A stretch of 63,643 nt of DNA, counting the filler, from Chiloscyllium plagiosum (Eukaryota): the NCBI RefSeq assembly GCF_004010195.1. It is 4 parts of one record of this genome, joined end to end, with 100 filler letters (N's around TTAATTAATTAA, not from the genome) between each part and the next. Parts side by side here need not be neighbours in the genome. Positions count along the whole stretch, not along the records: positions 1 to 31,285 come from NC_057710.1; 3 more parts are not named here. The stretch is one strand, 5' to 3'. A model generated the notes under the pieces. That model saw only the letters and a list, made by a program, of their open reading frames with translations, had not been told where the DNA came from and did no database searches. Of this stretch, positions 1-14,464 are shown in pieces. A program made the position numbers and the translations under genes. Position 1 is the first letter of the stretch; every line of letters begins with the position of its first letter.

Positions 1-345
1 TACCTGTTGGACAAGGTCAAAGGCTGAGGCTCCTGCACTCCTGAACTCAGGTTCCCCCTACCTGCCTCACTTACAGTCACACTCTGATGTCCCTGATCAC
101 TAACTGGATGTGAATTACATAATCTCCCAAGTGTGACTGCCTCCTGAAACAAAGTGTCCAGGTAACTCTCCCCCTCCCGGATGCGCCGCAGTGTTTGAAG
201 CTCAGATTCCAGATCGTCAACTCTGAGCCGGAGCTCTTCCAGCAACCAACACTTGCTGCAGATTTGGTCACTGCCATTCACAATGGGGTCAGCCAGCTCC
301 CACATCATACAGCTACAGCACACCACCTGACCAGCCATCTCTGCT
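1..345 (-). mobile_element. CR1 LINE ORF1 N-terminal fragment (zinc finger/leucine zipper)
   Basis: Minus translation QVVCCSCMMWELADPIVNGSDQICSKCWLLEELRLRVDDLESELQTLRRIREGESYLD, homologous to the ORF1 at 32538 (CSSCSMWE...ICRKC). Confidence 0.8.
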
Positions 346-1384
346 TAGTTAATTACTTTATTACTTGTCTGTTGTACGCCAGAATTTTTGATTCATTCTG
401 TTAGTATCATTGCTTTTCTGTTTCATAAGGCTGTGTGAATGATTTTGCAATTATTGACTGAAAGGAGTCCCCAACACATACAATTCTCCAGAACAGTAAA
501 CAAATTAATCTTAACCTAAGTTCCCATGAAAGGAAGTGTTATATTGTAATGTTGTATTTAAACAGCTGCTCATAGTTATAGTAACTGTCAGAAAACTCCA
601 TGCTTTTGAATTTGTTCATTTAAATTAATGCATTTTAGTTTTGATTACAGTCAGATTTCTTCACACAACTGATCAGCAGCAATCAATTTGTATTGATTCG
701 TTCCATTTTTGTTACCTTTTCAGGCTGACAGTAAAAATCCTGAATGGAAAGAAAACCTGGCAGTTGTTGGTTGATCAGTGACACTAATAACACACTGAGG
801 CAGCAAGTTAAACATCTGCCCCTACATCTATTCTAGGGCAATGAAAATTGACATCTGAGGTTTCTTTTCAGAATGCAGTGTATTTCATATCCGGTGGGTA
901 CAAAATGGTATTTCCACCTTTGAGAACAGAGAGTCAGTTCATATATTCATCACCAAATATATGAAAATGCACAATGAGGTTTGAAGTTTCATATGTTAAA
1001 GCTCACATGTAAATGGTTATGAGAGAAACAAAACAGTAAATTTACACATAACTGGCTCTCACAACAGCAAAGAGATAAATGACTGAGTAATTGATTGAAA
1101 TTGCCCTCAGGGGATCATCCAAAATGATTAACATCAAAGCTGTTTCACTCGGTGAGAGAGGTAAAGTAGAAAAATACAAATATCCTTTTCTTAAATGTAT
1201 TATTGAATCAAGTTTAAATTTATACATATATATAAATAAGAAAGTGTTTTTTTTTACTTTTAAGATAGTATCTAATTTCCCATTTCTTGCTTCCTCCATA
1301 CATTATCTTTGGCCATGTATCATAATTTAGTCTCAGAGTACAGGTGTTGCTAGCAAGACCAGCATTTATTGTTCCTCCTTAAGG

Positions 1385-1955
1385 ATGAGGATTTAAGTAC
1401 AGAAAAAGAGATGTCTTGCTGCAATTATAGAGAGCCTTGGAGAGACTATACCTGGAATATCACGTGCAGTTCTCATATATCTCAGCAAGAATGTTACTGC
1501 TACATAGGGAATGAAATGAAGGTTTATCAGACTGATTCCTGGGTTGTCAGGACCAACGTAAGAGGAGAAGTTGAATCAGTGAGGAGTATATTCACTGGAG
1601 TAGAGAAGAATGACAGGAGGGATCTCATTGAAACCACAGAATTCGAACATGACTAGACAGTATAGTTGCAGAAAACATGTTCCTGATTGTGGGAATCTAG
1701 AACCAGAAATCACAGTCTTAGGATATAAGATAAATCATTTAGGACTGAGATGAAGAGATGAGAGTGGTGAGCATATGAAATTCCAGAAAGGAATACTGTA
1801 TGACTTAAAAAAGGAGTTGGACATAGCACTCAGGGCTAAAGGAATCAAAGAACACGGAGGAAGATGAGTTGGATGATCCGCCATGATCATAACAAATGGT
1901 GGGACAGGCTCAAAGGGCTGAATGGCCTACTGCTACTTCTGTTTTCTATGGTCCT
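1385..1955 (+). mobile_element. Decayed CR1 LINE 3' fragment
   Basis: Degenerate RT C-terminal region and 3'UTR ending aagggctgaatggcctactgctacttctgttttctatg, like the CR1 3' end at 55770-56085. Confidence 0.7.
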
Positions 1956-2589
1956 ACGTTAAATGCCCCTGAGAAGATAGGAAGGGGTCTTCATCTTGAC
2001 GTACTCTAATCTGTGTGGTGCATATTTATGTTACACATTGCTGTTAGACAAGAAATTCCAGAACTTTAGTCCAGTAACCATGAAGGAAGCTGAATCATAT
2101 CAAATTTAGATAATATGGGAGTGGAAGAGATTCTGGGAGGTGATGGGGTTCCTATGCAATTTCTGTACTTGTCCATCCACTGGTAGGAATTTCCAGATTT
2201 TTGGAAAACATACTTGAAGAAATCTTCCTGACTTACTGCAACACATTTCAAGATAGTATACATTGCAGCACTGTGAACCGGAGTTGCTTTATACTAAAGT
2301 ACACTATTGTGAATATATGAGCATTTCAAATCCTATTTTAAATGTGACTGTCGTTTTCTTGTAGTCTTCTTCATATCAGTGCTGGGTCCTAATTACCTCC
2401 ACCATTGAAGAATACGGAGCAGTGTTTTTGCTTCTGTTTGTTTGCTTTTGTGTAAATGATATATCTCACAAACTAATGGATGGACTTCAACCAAACCTTG
2501 TGAGAGTGGGTCTCATTTATTTTCCTGAATAGGTTAAACAAATCATTTCCGGTTAATACTAGTGACTAAGTGGGTGGTAATTTCCCTTA

Positions 2590-3175
2590 AGAGACTGCTG
2601 CCATCAGTCCAGAAAGGTATTGTCTGTGTGTATTCTGCATGTATACATTTCAGTGCCCATGCAATGCCAGAGCATAGATTGTTGCAGTAATTGGCTGATC
2701 AAATCAAAAAGTTCCTTTTGGTGTTCTCAATAGTTAGTGTTAAGTTGTTACACAATCAGCCCATGCTTACAAAATTCAAAACAAAATGTCTATTGTTACA
2801 TATGATTCCATGGTTGAGGACCATTTGCTGAACAATGCCAAGTATGCTGATGGATTCACTAACAATCACCTTAGGATAAACAGTCAAACTCATAATGTTA
2901 GTGAACTTCACATGCTGGAAGTAACCCTTGTGAATATGTAGAAACAAGTTTTCTGCAAACATAAGGAACATGTTCAAATATTTTTGAATTATCCAGGAAC
3001 TTGAGAAACCTTTGGCTCTCATTAGATTTACAATGACGTTACCTCAACTTATTTCCAACCAATCAGTACCTATTTCTCCTGTAGTATAACCTGAGTGATC
3101 ATTTGAAATTTGGCATTATTTCATAATGAGTGCAAGATGAAAAGCTTCAGCAACATGTCTTTCTTTTCAATAACA
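2590..3175 (+). mobile_element. Penelope-like element GIY-YIG/3' relic
   Basis: Plus translation DSMVEDHLLNNAKYADGFTNNHLRINSQTHNVSELHMLEVT...FCKHKEHVQ resembles a PLE endonuclease C-terminus; degenerate hammerhead-like core (taatgagtgcaagatgaaaagc) near 3125. Confidence 0.55.
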
Positions 3176-4310
3176 TTCATTTTATGAATTATCAAAATCA
3201 TACACCATTTCCCAAAGCCTTTACAAACACAGATGGAAAAATGGTCGCTAAGTTGTACCCCTTTGAATAATATCGGCTATTGAGGATATCTCATTGGAGA
3301 CAATCAGTTAATATGTGTTCACTCACCAGTGCAAATGATTGATTATTTATCTGTACTACAGATATGTGGGAGTTATCCAGCTAGCATCATCATGATGCTT
3401 ATATTTTCCAGTAAATCATTATTCTCTGCCATGTATTCTGTGCTTAAAGACTGCAATTATTTGCAGCCATAAATTCCCTAAAACAAACATGTCTGATATT
3501 TCTATTTGAACAATTTTTAACTATTCAGTTTAAAAAATAACTGCTAAAACAATGGTTCAGAAATTATCTCAGATTGGTTTGTTAGTCTGTGCTAGCTTCT
3601 TTAGAAGTATGATTTACTAATTGTATAGATGTTATTTGAAATAATTTAACAATAGCAATTTGTTTAACAGTGAGTTTTGTAGTGTGACTGTAATGAGTAT
3701 TTTATCAAGGTCACACAGTACTGTCTATCATTGCTGAATAAAAGCGTAGGATTGAGATATTCTGCAGCAGCAGCCTGAAGCAAACTCATAGCAAATTGAA
3801 AAAGCAATTCTTTACCACAACTAATCTCTTTCCACGCAACTGCAGAAAACCATCATTCAAACTTCTGTTGAAGAACTGTTTCCATAATCTCACTCTTGCT
3901 TTCACTCATTCAATATGAAAAATCTTGGCAATATTTTTTTCAAGACCTGGTGTGTTAACATATCCTCTGTCATTTTGCTACTGGCTTCTTCCATGCTGCT
4001 GGCATAGATCAATTTTACCAATAAATGTTCATGTTACTAGAAGAAAATGGTATGACACCACATGATGGAAGTAACAAAGCCACCTCCAACTCCAATTCAC
4101 AAATTTTTTTTCAACAAGTTCAACAATGCGGCACTCTATAAGTTTTGCCCTGAAATGTCAGCCAAGACTATCTGTTGAAGGTCATTTTGACTTGCTTAAA
4201 ATTGTGATAGTAAATTAGAAGCTGGTCAAGCAAATATTGGGAGAGATATGGCTACCAATTTACTAACATGTGTTTATCCTGAAATTAACATTGGATTTAT
4301 ACATGACTTT

Positions 4311-4970
4311 TGTTATGGACCAGACAAGACCCCATAAAATATAATGTGGAGATAGCCTACATCCTAACTTTTATATTTTTTAAAAGGTGCTGGGTTCCAT
4401 ATATGATTCGACTGGTCCACTACTAAGCTTTAATCAACACACACTTCATTCTTAGCACACAGTTAAAATACAACTAAAGAAAAAAATTGGCATAACTTTC
4501 CTCCATTGAAATACTTAACAAGATAATATATTATTTAACCATTTATCATGTACTGTTCTAATATAGGCACTCCCTTAGCAAAGACAATTCAGCAACACAG
4601 TTATTATTCTCACATGCTGTCTCTCTCCAGTCCGGTAGAAAGACTGAATGAAACAATCTGCCCCTTTTAATTTTTGAAGAGGAAGCCTGTCTGTCTAAGT
4701 CTTCAATCTAGCAACAGAGACCTCTAGCTTTCAGCTCCAGCGAAAACTGCCAGCTAGCTGAAAGCAAAACTAAAATATTCTTTTGTCTGTGAGAGCCTGA
4801 CCCTGCCACTCATGATTCTTTTGTCTTACTTAAAAAGAAACACACAGGGAGAACTCAAAGCTCTTTACCAACTATGTTTTCGAAGGAGACATTTTAGCTC
4901 CACTGTGACAACACCTTTCTGCAAGAGAAACAGGACAGAACATATCACTTGAAGGCAGAATATCATCACA
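4311..4970. mobile_element. Possible solo LTR
   Basis: ~660 bp bounded by TGTTATG...CATCACA (TG..CA); no clear TSD. Confidence 0.3.
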
Positions 4971-4999
4971 CAATCTTATTTGTGTTGTCTGTAGTTAAG

Positions 5000-6240
5000 G
5001 ACACTCCCAAAATGGATGTTCCATAGCCAAGTTTGTGGATGACACTAAAATAGATGGGAAAGTAAATAGTGACAGTAAGATAAAGAGTCTGCAGAAGGAC
5101 ATGGGCAGGGGTTAAGTGAATGGACAAAAACTTTGTAGATGGAATATACTGTGAGAAAAAATTTAATTCATCTCTCCACCTTAGTCATGATGTAAGGTTC
5201 CTTGATGCCATACTTAGCCAAATGATGTCTTTATATTTCCTTTATATTTCTGGATTTTTATCAGTCAGGAACTGAACAGACCTGGTGTACGCAAACTGAG
5301 CATCCATGCACAGGCTATGGTTGAGTATGTGCTACTTGTAGAACTGTCACGACTTCTTCCCTCACTTTGCTAACATTTGAGAGTAGACTGCTGAGGTGAT
5401 GATTGGCTGGGTTCAATTGGTTCTGCCTTTTGCAATCAAGACAACTTTGTCAATTACTGGGTAATGCCAGAGTTGTAGTGATATAGGAACAGCATGGTTA
5501 GGGACACAATTAGTTCTGAAGCACAAGTCTTCAGTACCATTGCCATAATCCTTTCAGGGTCCAGAGCCTGGAAAGTATCCATTACATTCAACTGTATCTT
5601 GATATCATGTGGAGTGAATTAAATTGACTGAAGACTGGCATCTGTGATGCTGGGGGCCTTTGGAGGAGGCCGAGATGATTATCCACACGGCACATCCGTT
5701 TAAGTGTTTCAACCATGTCTTTTGCTCTGATGTGTTGAGCTTCAATTCTGGGTATATTTAAGGAGCCTCCTCCTTCAAGAAGATGTTTAATTGCCCAGCG
5801 CCATTTATGATTGCAAATAGCAGGATGAATATGTAGGAGTTTGGAATATTTAGTTCTTTCTGTTATGTGCTGCTTATGCAGTTTGGCATGCATGTTGTCC
5901 TGTTTCACAGTTTCACCAGGTTGACACCTCACTTTAAAGTACGCCTGGTCCTTCTCCAGGCATGTCCTGCAGCATGCTTAATTGAACAGGGTTGTTGCCC
6001 TGGCTTCACAGTAATGATAGAGTGAAGGATATACTGAATCATGAGCTTACAGAATATGGTTGAATACAGTTACACTGAGCTGACAACCCACAATGCCTCT
6101 TGGATGCCTATTTTGCAGTTGCTAGGTTTGCTACGCAACACAGTGGAGGGACTGTTCATATGAAGACGGGACTGCCACATGAATTGTATTCATGCCTGTC
6201 ATGGACAAATGGCTCTATGACAGGTAGATCAGTGAATGCC
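5000..6240. mobile_element. Old CR1/L2-clade LINE fragments (plus RT piece 5000-5150, minus pieces 5180-6240)
   Basis: gccaagtttgtggatgacactaaaatag (KFVDDTK) on plus; degenerate LINE-like sequence on minus. Confidence 0.5.
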
Positions 6241-7689
6241 ACCAACAGGAATGGGGCTTCGACAAAAATCTCATGTACTCTGCTCTGGGAAATTTCCTTC
6301 ACATGGCAAATTTTAGGATCTTCCAACAGAAGTTTGGATTGAACATTTGCAAGTTAGATACTATATAACTTTTTTGACTAATCTGGGTTGAAAGTTAGAA
6401 TCCTGAGTCAGAATGGAGAATTGTGCTCCTTATCTATTTCTCTCTCCCCATAGATGTTACAAAACCTGTGTAGTATTTCCACATTTATTGTTTCTCCCAG
6501 ATAACAAAACAAATCTCCTGGATGATAGTAGCTTTAACCTTTCTCAGAGAAGTCTCCTATGGGACAGATCTATCACATCCCATTGGTATATCTGCTGTGT
6601 CTGGATTTTATTATGGCATTACACATGATTGCAATAATTCATTAACCTTACACTGTAATTCTCCTATTTATAATCCAATAATTACTTAGTCATTTAACCT
6701 ATTCCCAGAACTATTTACTAATCTGTTCTTCACATTTAAGTGACACGGCTGCTCTAGTATACTGTTACTGCTGTCTTTCTCCCAGTGGGAGTATATCACT
6801 CTACCTTGGCTACTTAACTACAGCAACTCCACCTGATCATTAATGTAATGGGAGCTACAATACCTAAATCCCATTTCCTTCCCATTTTTTAGAAGAGCTC
6901 CTGTCTTTCCCAGTTAGTCAGCTTCTCACATTTAAAATGATTCATAACATCCAATTGCTGTCCTTTTTTAAAATCATATTCGGAAAAACAAAATCCAAAT
7001 GGTCCCTCATAATTTTTCCATCCTGGTTCTTTCAATCCACTTTGTAGCCTCCCTACATGTTTCAGCCCCCAAAATGATAAATATTCAGCCTTTTAATTAT
7101 TTCCCTTTCATTAAAATGATCAACTCGCATAGTGAAGAAGATGGACTGTAAATCAGTAACAAAATCAGAAATAACTTTTTACATCTGCCTGAAAAAGGCT
7201 TTGTTTAACATTTCATCTGTCTGACAGCAATTCCATCAGAGGCATGAAAGCTTATCAAACTAAAATGTTAACTCTTTCTCTCTCCACAGATGTTCCCAGA
7301 TTTGTGGAATATTTCCAGTATTCTTGAGGAAGTTTGGGTCATCAACCTTGCCTAGAGGAATACTTAATTTCCCGGGCAATTCCTTCAGAGTCTGTTACAA
7401 TGGGGATTCTCCTTATGCACACCTTCCAGTTAGAGTGAAATAACAACTGGCTATCCATTGGAAAATCTGGGACAAAAGAAGCAGTTCGGAGAATGTTCAG
7501 TTGACTAATACCTGGAATTAGGAATTATTTTCGAAGGAAAGGCTTGTTATGTTGGTACTGAATACAGTGGCACTCCACTAGTTACATGTTGCTGGCCTGA
7601 AAATGCCCCAGTTAACTCTCCATCTTCTTTTATTTAACTAATCCTCTATCTATACTAATATAGTACTAATATCCTTCAAAATAGACTTT

Positions 7690-9050
7690 AATAGTTTCAC
7701 AATGGCAGATATTAACCTAACTGGCCGACATTAATCTGTTTTATGTCTGTCTTACATTTTGAATAAGGTTGTTATATTGACATATTTCCAGTCCTCTGGG
7801 ACATTTTCAGCATCTAAGGATTCTTGGAAGATTGCTACCATTGTGTCCACTACCACTGTCGCTGCATCCTTTTATAACTGGAATGCAACGCATTAGATCC
7901 AAGCCCCATTAGAATTACTAGTATTTTTTTCTCTAGTAACAGTTTTTATATTTATTTCCAATCCACTTACCCTGCCCCCTATGTCCCTTGATTATTTAGT
8001 AATTTGGGGATGCTATTAGTGTTTTCTATCATATTTATTCTGTCCTTTACTAATAAAGCTACCCCGCCACCCTTTCTTTCCTGCCTGGCCTTTCAAAAAG
8101 TCACATTTGCCTGATTATTTAGTTCCCAATTTTGATCTCCTTATAACCATGCCTCTGTAATGGCTATAAGATAATACTCATTAAATTTGTGCCATTAATT
8201 AATTTACTTCGTTCCAAATATTTTCTGCACTTAAGTGGAGAGGCATTAATTTTGTCTTTTCACCATTTTCCCCACCTTTCACTCAGATTGTTACTTTTTT
8301 GACATTTGTACATGCTGTCCCTTCCTTCCCAGTCGGAAAGAACCTTTACCTGAAAAGCTGCCTCATAATGCTCCCACATCCTTTTGCTTTGCCAGCCCAT
8401 TTATTCCCCCTTCAGAGCCTTTATCTCTTCTAATTAGTTTAAAGCTTTTTCTGCAGCTCTCAATAATTGATTCATTCAAGTGAACCCCATCGCACCAGTG
8501 GAGTTCTGTTCTACCCCAGTATTAGTGGCAGTTTCCCATGAACTAAAATCCAATACACCTGCAGTAATCTTTGAGCCACATATTTAACTCCTTGATGTTA
8601 TTTTCCCTACGCTAGTTAACCGTTGGCTCAAGTTGTAACCATGAGATAATTATGCTAATTATTCTGCTCTTTGGTTTAGCTCCTAGCTGTTCAAATTATT
8701 TTAGCAGAAACTCCTTTCTGGTCCTATCAATGTCATTGGTACCAACATGGAGAATAACAATTGGATCCTTCCCTTCCCATTCTAAGATCCTCTCCAGCAC
8801 TGAGAAGATGTCCTTAATCCTGACACTGGGCAGGTATTATAGCATTCCTGAGTCATGTTCATGGCTGCAGAGAACAGTATCTATCTCCTTAATTATACAG
8901 TTCCCCTACCATGGCCAGATTCCTATTTTCTAACCTCATTTGTATGACTCCCTCTACCGTGCTGCCCTGATCAGTTCTCCCCTCTTTCTTCCACACAGTT
9001 TGCAAGAAACTTGTAACTGTTGGACAATTGCAGGAGCTGCTTGAGTGCTA
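7690..9050 (-). mobile_element. Old CR1 LINE fragment (ORF1 esterase to ORF2 pieces)
   Basis: Reverse complement carries VGTND (tcattggtaccaac), DGVHL (aagtgaaccccatc) and PEDW/VSL RT motifs. Confidence 0.6.
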
Positions 9051-9199
9051 CTTCCGGCTTCAGTAATTTATTTGTTATTGCAAGAGTGGTTTGAGTACTA
9101 CACTCAAGTCTTTGGACTAGATTTTATTCCCTGCCTCCAGTAAGTATATTTCTCCACTCAAGTACAAATTTGTGCTGTAGTTTGAATTTCCTTAAGATT

Positions 9200-9650
9200 C
9201 CTTTGGTGGTTTTCACTGACAAGGGATACAGTGGAGATAAGTTATGGCGTTGGATTTCGGAATCCTTCATGAAGTGGCTAAATTCTTCACTTGTGAGTTG
9301 AAGTCATTGTCACTCATCACAATGTTGGCAATATTGTAATGACTGGAGTGCTCTTTCAGGCATTCTACAATCTCACTGGTGATTCTTGATATCAACTGGT
9401 CTAACTTCCATTGGTCAGATCAGTTGTCAGCAACAAGCCAATCAGTTTCTGTAACAGTGAAGAAGTCTACTCCAAGCTTCATCCATAATCTCTGAGATGT
9501 CTTGCATCATAAGTGACTCTTTTGTTTGCTTGGCTTGGCATTCACAACACTTGCTGATGTGGTCCTTAACCTAACAGTTCATGTTTGGTCAATAAGGCTT
9601 TCTTTGCCTTCCTCAGATTGGACTCAACTCCTTGTATAGGTGTATTTAAC
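9200..9650 (-). mobile_element. Gypsy/Ty3 integrase relic
   Basis: Minus translation VKDHISKCCECQ...WMKLGVDFF...IVECLKEH...IVMSDN...SPLYP, a degenerate zinc-finger plus rve core. Confidence 0.7.
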
Positions 9651-9796
9651 CTTTTCTTACCTTAACGGAACAATGGAAATGATGCACAGGAACACGTCCA
9701 ATTGCAAATTTCTTTTCAAGTTGCACAGCATCCTGACTTGGAAATATATCATCATTCTAACATTGCCGCTGTGTCAACATTTTGAACCTTTTGAAC

Positions 9797-10256
9797 TGGG
9801 GCAGCTTAGTAGCTCAGTGGGGAGCACTGTTGCCTCACAGTGTCCAGGACCCAGGTTCAATTGCAGCGTCAAGTAACAGTCTGTGTGGAGTTTGCACATT
9901 CTCCCCGTGTCTGTGTGGGTTTCCTCTGGATTCTCTGGTTTCCTCCCACAATTCATGAAGAAGGGCTTATGCCCGAAACGTCGATTCTCCTGCTCCTTGG
10001 ATACTGCCTGACCTGCTGCGCTTTTCCAGCAACACATTTTCAGCTTTTTCCTCCCACAATCCTAAGATGTACAGGTTAGGTGGATTGATCATGCTAAATT
10101 GCCCATAGTGTCTAGGGATCTACTGGCTGAGTGGGTTGGCCAAGGGAAAATGTGGGATTTGGGAGATGGGTTGGGTCTGGGTTGAATGTTCTTCAGAAGG
10201 CCAGTGAGGGCTTGTTGGGCCAAATGGCCTGCTTCCACACTGTAGAAGTTTTATGA
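9797..10256 (+). mobile_element. tRNA-derived SINE interrupted by a Penelope-derived insert (9953-10046)
   Basis: A/B-box-like head (tagctcagtgg...ggttcaattgc), core gtgtggagtttgcacattctccccgtgtctg, CR1-like tail; related copies at 37995-38305 and 53875-54170. Confidence 0.85.
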
Positions 10257-11117
10257 CCTTTCTAATAGTACAATGATGTCTGAACTACAGAGGTTCATGG
10301 GCAGTTAGGGACAGGCAGACATTCCATGAATGAAGAAACTGTGCAGCAACAAAACCGAAGAAATTCTAACCAGTGTTAGTTTAGCAAGAAAGAGCATTTT
10401 GATTTTGGGGTTTGTGATCTCAGTTGCCTAATATAGACTGTCAATAATTGGTAGCACTGTTCCGATAGAGAAACAGCAGTTTGAATGTGGTACCTTAGTT
10501 AATGAGGCAAAGAAAAGAAATATGAATACTTTCCCGATCCTAGAAACATTCTGTAGAATGGAGGAGTAGGAACAGCACATGCCCATATCCCAGTCATTTT
10601 GGTAATCACTGGTGGCCTTTGAAAACAACAGTTATTGTTTAGCCCTCAGGCTGATGCATGGGGATCTCCTGGTCTTCCCCTTGTATTCACTTCTCCCACC
10701 TCCAATTGAAGGTTAGTTTTCATTCCTTCTAAGAACAGAAACTTCTTGTTTTCCAAAACAATGCATTGCCAATAGTATGGTATCTGATAAGTCTTTGACA
10801 TGAGTCATGACCTCAGTGATTCTTATAACCTTTCCTCTGTTTTCATATACTAGAGATCTGTTTAAAGTAACAGAAGGCTAATTACTGCTGTAACATTTAG
10901 CGTATAAAGAAAATACTAAATCTGGTAAACTGAAATAATTTCAGTATTTAAATAGTTTTTAAAAAGGACCCCAATTTCTAACAAGTGACACGGTAGTAAT
11001 GTCACTGGAATAGCCAGAAAAATCCCATCTAATACCCTTCAAAGAAGGAAATCTGCTAACCTTACCTGCTCACCAGAGCAGTCCGTTTGAATCTTAACTG
11101 CCTCTGAAATTGCCTTG

Positions 11118-11323
11118 CAAACCTTCACATGGAGGAGAAAGTGAGGTCTGCAGATGCTGGAGATCAGAGCTGAAAATGTGTTGCTGGAAAAGCGCAGCAG
11201 GTCAGGCAGCATTCAGGGAACAGGAGAATCGACATTCGGGAGAAGGGCTTATGCCCGAAACGTCGATTCTCCTGTTCCCTGGATGCTGCCTGACCTGCTG
11301 CGCATTTCAAACCTTCACATGGA
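11118..11323. mobile_element. Palindromic Penelope-derived short insert with 16-bp TSD
   Basis: Inverted arms; TSD CAAACCTTCACATGGA at 11118-11133 and 11308-11323. Confidence 0.8.
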
Positions 11324-14300
11324 CAAATTAGGGACAGGAAATAAATGTTAGCAATACCAGCATCCTATCAAAGAATGAAGTCAATGCATACTGAAGGGGA
11401 ACAGATATAAATTTTATTTTTTTTATTTTTATTTAGTGTTTTCTTTTTCCTTACAAATATATCAAAATGTTCAATTATAATTGCATTCAGTGAAGTACCA
11501 TCCTCTCTTCCAGTGTTGCTACAAAGTACAAATTGTAGCTGGTATTAACTCAAGCTGTCGGCATAGTTCCACTGGGAATATTGTTAACAAGCTGCAGCAA
11601 GAGGTGTGGCTATTGGAGGTTGTGAAGAAAAGACAAATCAAAAAATAAATGAGGCAGCACTGAGAGCTTTTGGACCCTATTCCAGTTTAACAAAGCAGCA
11701 GAATCTCTGTGCAGTAAGATGAGGCTGACTGTCATTGCTGGTAAATTTGAGTGTTATTTGGGAGGCTGAGAGGAAGGACAAATTAAAATTTTGGTTGCTG
11801 GTTTTCAAAATCCTTCCTTTCCTTTTGGAACTCAAAGCCAATGATCTTTCTCATTTGTACAGTTTGAAATCCTTCTGAAAATCTTTTGAGGTCAAGAATG
11901 AGTTGCTTCCGCTCCAGTTAATGGGTGCCTAAAAGATTGATAAGTCCAAGGTGTGTTTGAAATATTTGTGTTGGACTATAATCCTTTAAAGTGAATGAAA
12001 AAGACCAACATGGGTTTGGGGAAAAAAAAAGTCAGCAAATCGACAAGTGAAATCAACACAGTAAAAAAGAACATGTGGTGGTGTAAAAAAAGTGTCATGG
12101 GACTTAGTAAGATATGCTTTCCATTCATCACAACTGAGAATCATCAATAATAGTTTATTGTTTAAATCATTATTTTTTGAGTAATTTATCATTAAAATCC
12201 ATAATGTTGAGATTACTGCATTGAAACATCTGAAGGTTAATTTCCCTCAGCAAACAAGTCATAAACTTAATCTGTTTACTCGAACAAATTTTAAAATAAA
12301 TATTTTAACCAATGACACACAAATGGGCTGGAAGTCTTCTGTGTTATATTAGAGACAAATAGCTCAATGACTTTGATCTGACACACCTTTGTCTACTATT
12401 TAATCAATGTATTTACATTCAGATTATGGCTTTGGCAAAGCAACAGTCTTTGAGAATGCACATGAATTTGTTACACGTTAATGACTAGTATCACATAGAA
12501 GATATTTCATTCCGAAGGACTCAAAATATAATATTTTCATCCTCCATTTAAATTAGAGAGCTATTCAATTGTTCCAAAACTTGGAATCATGGGGTTGGGT
12601 TGGATAACAACAAAGAGCTCCATATTGTTTTATTTAGAGTTATTTTGGATGGTATGCCATCCTCAAACCAGTAGATAATTACAGATGAGGGAGACCAATC
12701 ACTCCACACTAATTTTGATGATACCAGGTCAAGTCGAGCACTGCTTCTTCTTTAGTCATTTACCAACTCTGACTCTGAACCACGTGTTTTCCCAATATAA
12801 TCCTAACTGAAGTTTCTCACTAAAGTAAGATTCATCTTCTCATAACTTTTTATGTTTATGTTGAACAAATGCTCCTCCTTCTCGAGCTAACTTAAGGATC
12901 TAACTTAATAACTGAAAAATCTCCAAAGGGTAGAGTTTCCCCATTTTCGGTTTGTGTTTTGTTGATTGAGATTCATGGTGGCCATTCCACAAGGCAGACA
13001 GTTAGATTTCTCACACAGTCTTCTACTCATCACCTTATTCATTAGCAGCCCACGTCTTTGGTGCCATCCTTATGGAATTACATGACACCGAACAATCTTG
13101 GCACCTTCCAGTGTTTATCCTGCTGGTGGCCTCTTTAAAGCCCAGCTGCACACCATTCAGATGCTGCAAGTAAGGAACTGGTCCTTACACTGTGCTGCTT
13201 GACTGTGATCACAAAGGACATGACCCAGAAAAGGAAGTTGCCAGGGTTTTGAAGGGGCTGGTGGATACAGTGATGGACGGGAGAGCATCTGGTTGCATTT
13301 GCTTAGCTGACATGACAAGGAGGTAATGAGTGTGAATGATGTAATGGTCATGATTGCTTGAGATCGAAATTATTAAAATGCATTATTGGACAATGAATGG
13401 CCAGCTGACTAAATTCAACTTGATGCACATTGGTAGCTTTACTGAATCAATGATTGCAGTATTAATGTAATTGCCCTGAAGAAGGCCTCACATTCAAACA
13501 ATTTTATCCTGTCCCCAAAAAACAAAACAGTAACTTAACCTGCCCATTCTGCACATGATGGCAGCCATTTTGCATTGTTATTGCAAAGGTGACTTTGGAT
13601 CAAAGGTATCAACTTCATGTCCTTGTGAGGAAGGTGCAGGCTCTGCCCGAGACATGGGAAAATCCTGTTCTTGCTCATCTTCCTTTATCTTCCCTATTGT
13701 GCTGTCTTCCCTGTGTCCCCAGTGATTCTTCATCCTTCCCACATTTCTGTTCAGCTCCTTTACATAACTATTCATGTCTTCAATTTACTCTCAGAGCCCA
13801 TGTCTTTGCACATTGCACATTGACACATAAAGAGGCCAGAGTAATAGTGGCCTGTGAAAAGGCCCTCCCAGTGCTCACAGTGTTCTCCTGTGCTGGAAGA
13901 AATCCTCCCTTCTACTTTGAATTGCCTCTTTTACTCTAATCATTCTCTCAGAGACCCAATCCAATGATCCTCTTCTGACATCTGAACTTCCCACTTTCCT
14001 AAGAATTCCATGGACTGCTCCCAGATGTCACAAAGTGGCTGCAGGACATTCTTCTCCGGGAGGGTCAGAAGTGATAGCCCACATTGGTTCCAGTGACTTT
14101 GGTAGGAAGGGAAGTGCAGTTCTGCAAAGAGAACTTGGAGAATTAGATAGAAAGTCAACAAGCAGGTCCTTGAATGTGGTAACCTCTGGATTATGCCACA
14201 AGCAAGGGAATTTAAAAAAAATGATCAGGCAGATGAATGTGTGACTGGAACAATAATGCAGGAGGGTGAGCTTTAGATTCCTGAGATACTGGGACTGGCT

Positions 14301-14464
14301 CTCGGGAAATGCCACCTGTTCAAGCCGGGCAGGAGGCTGGAAGAACACAGTAAGCCAGGCAACCTCAGGAGGTACAAGCTGGACAGTGAGCAGAGGTGAG
14401 ATGAGATCCTTGCGAAACCTTTACTAATTTTGTTTGGAGAACTTGAAACTAACTCAGCAGGGTG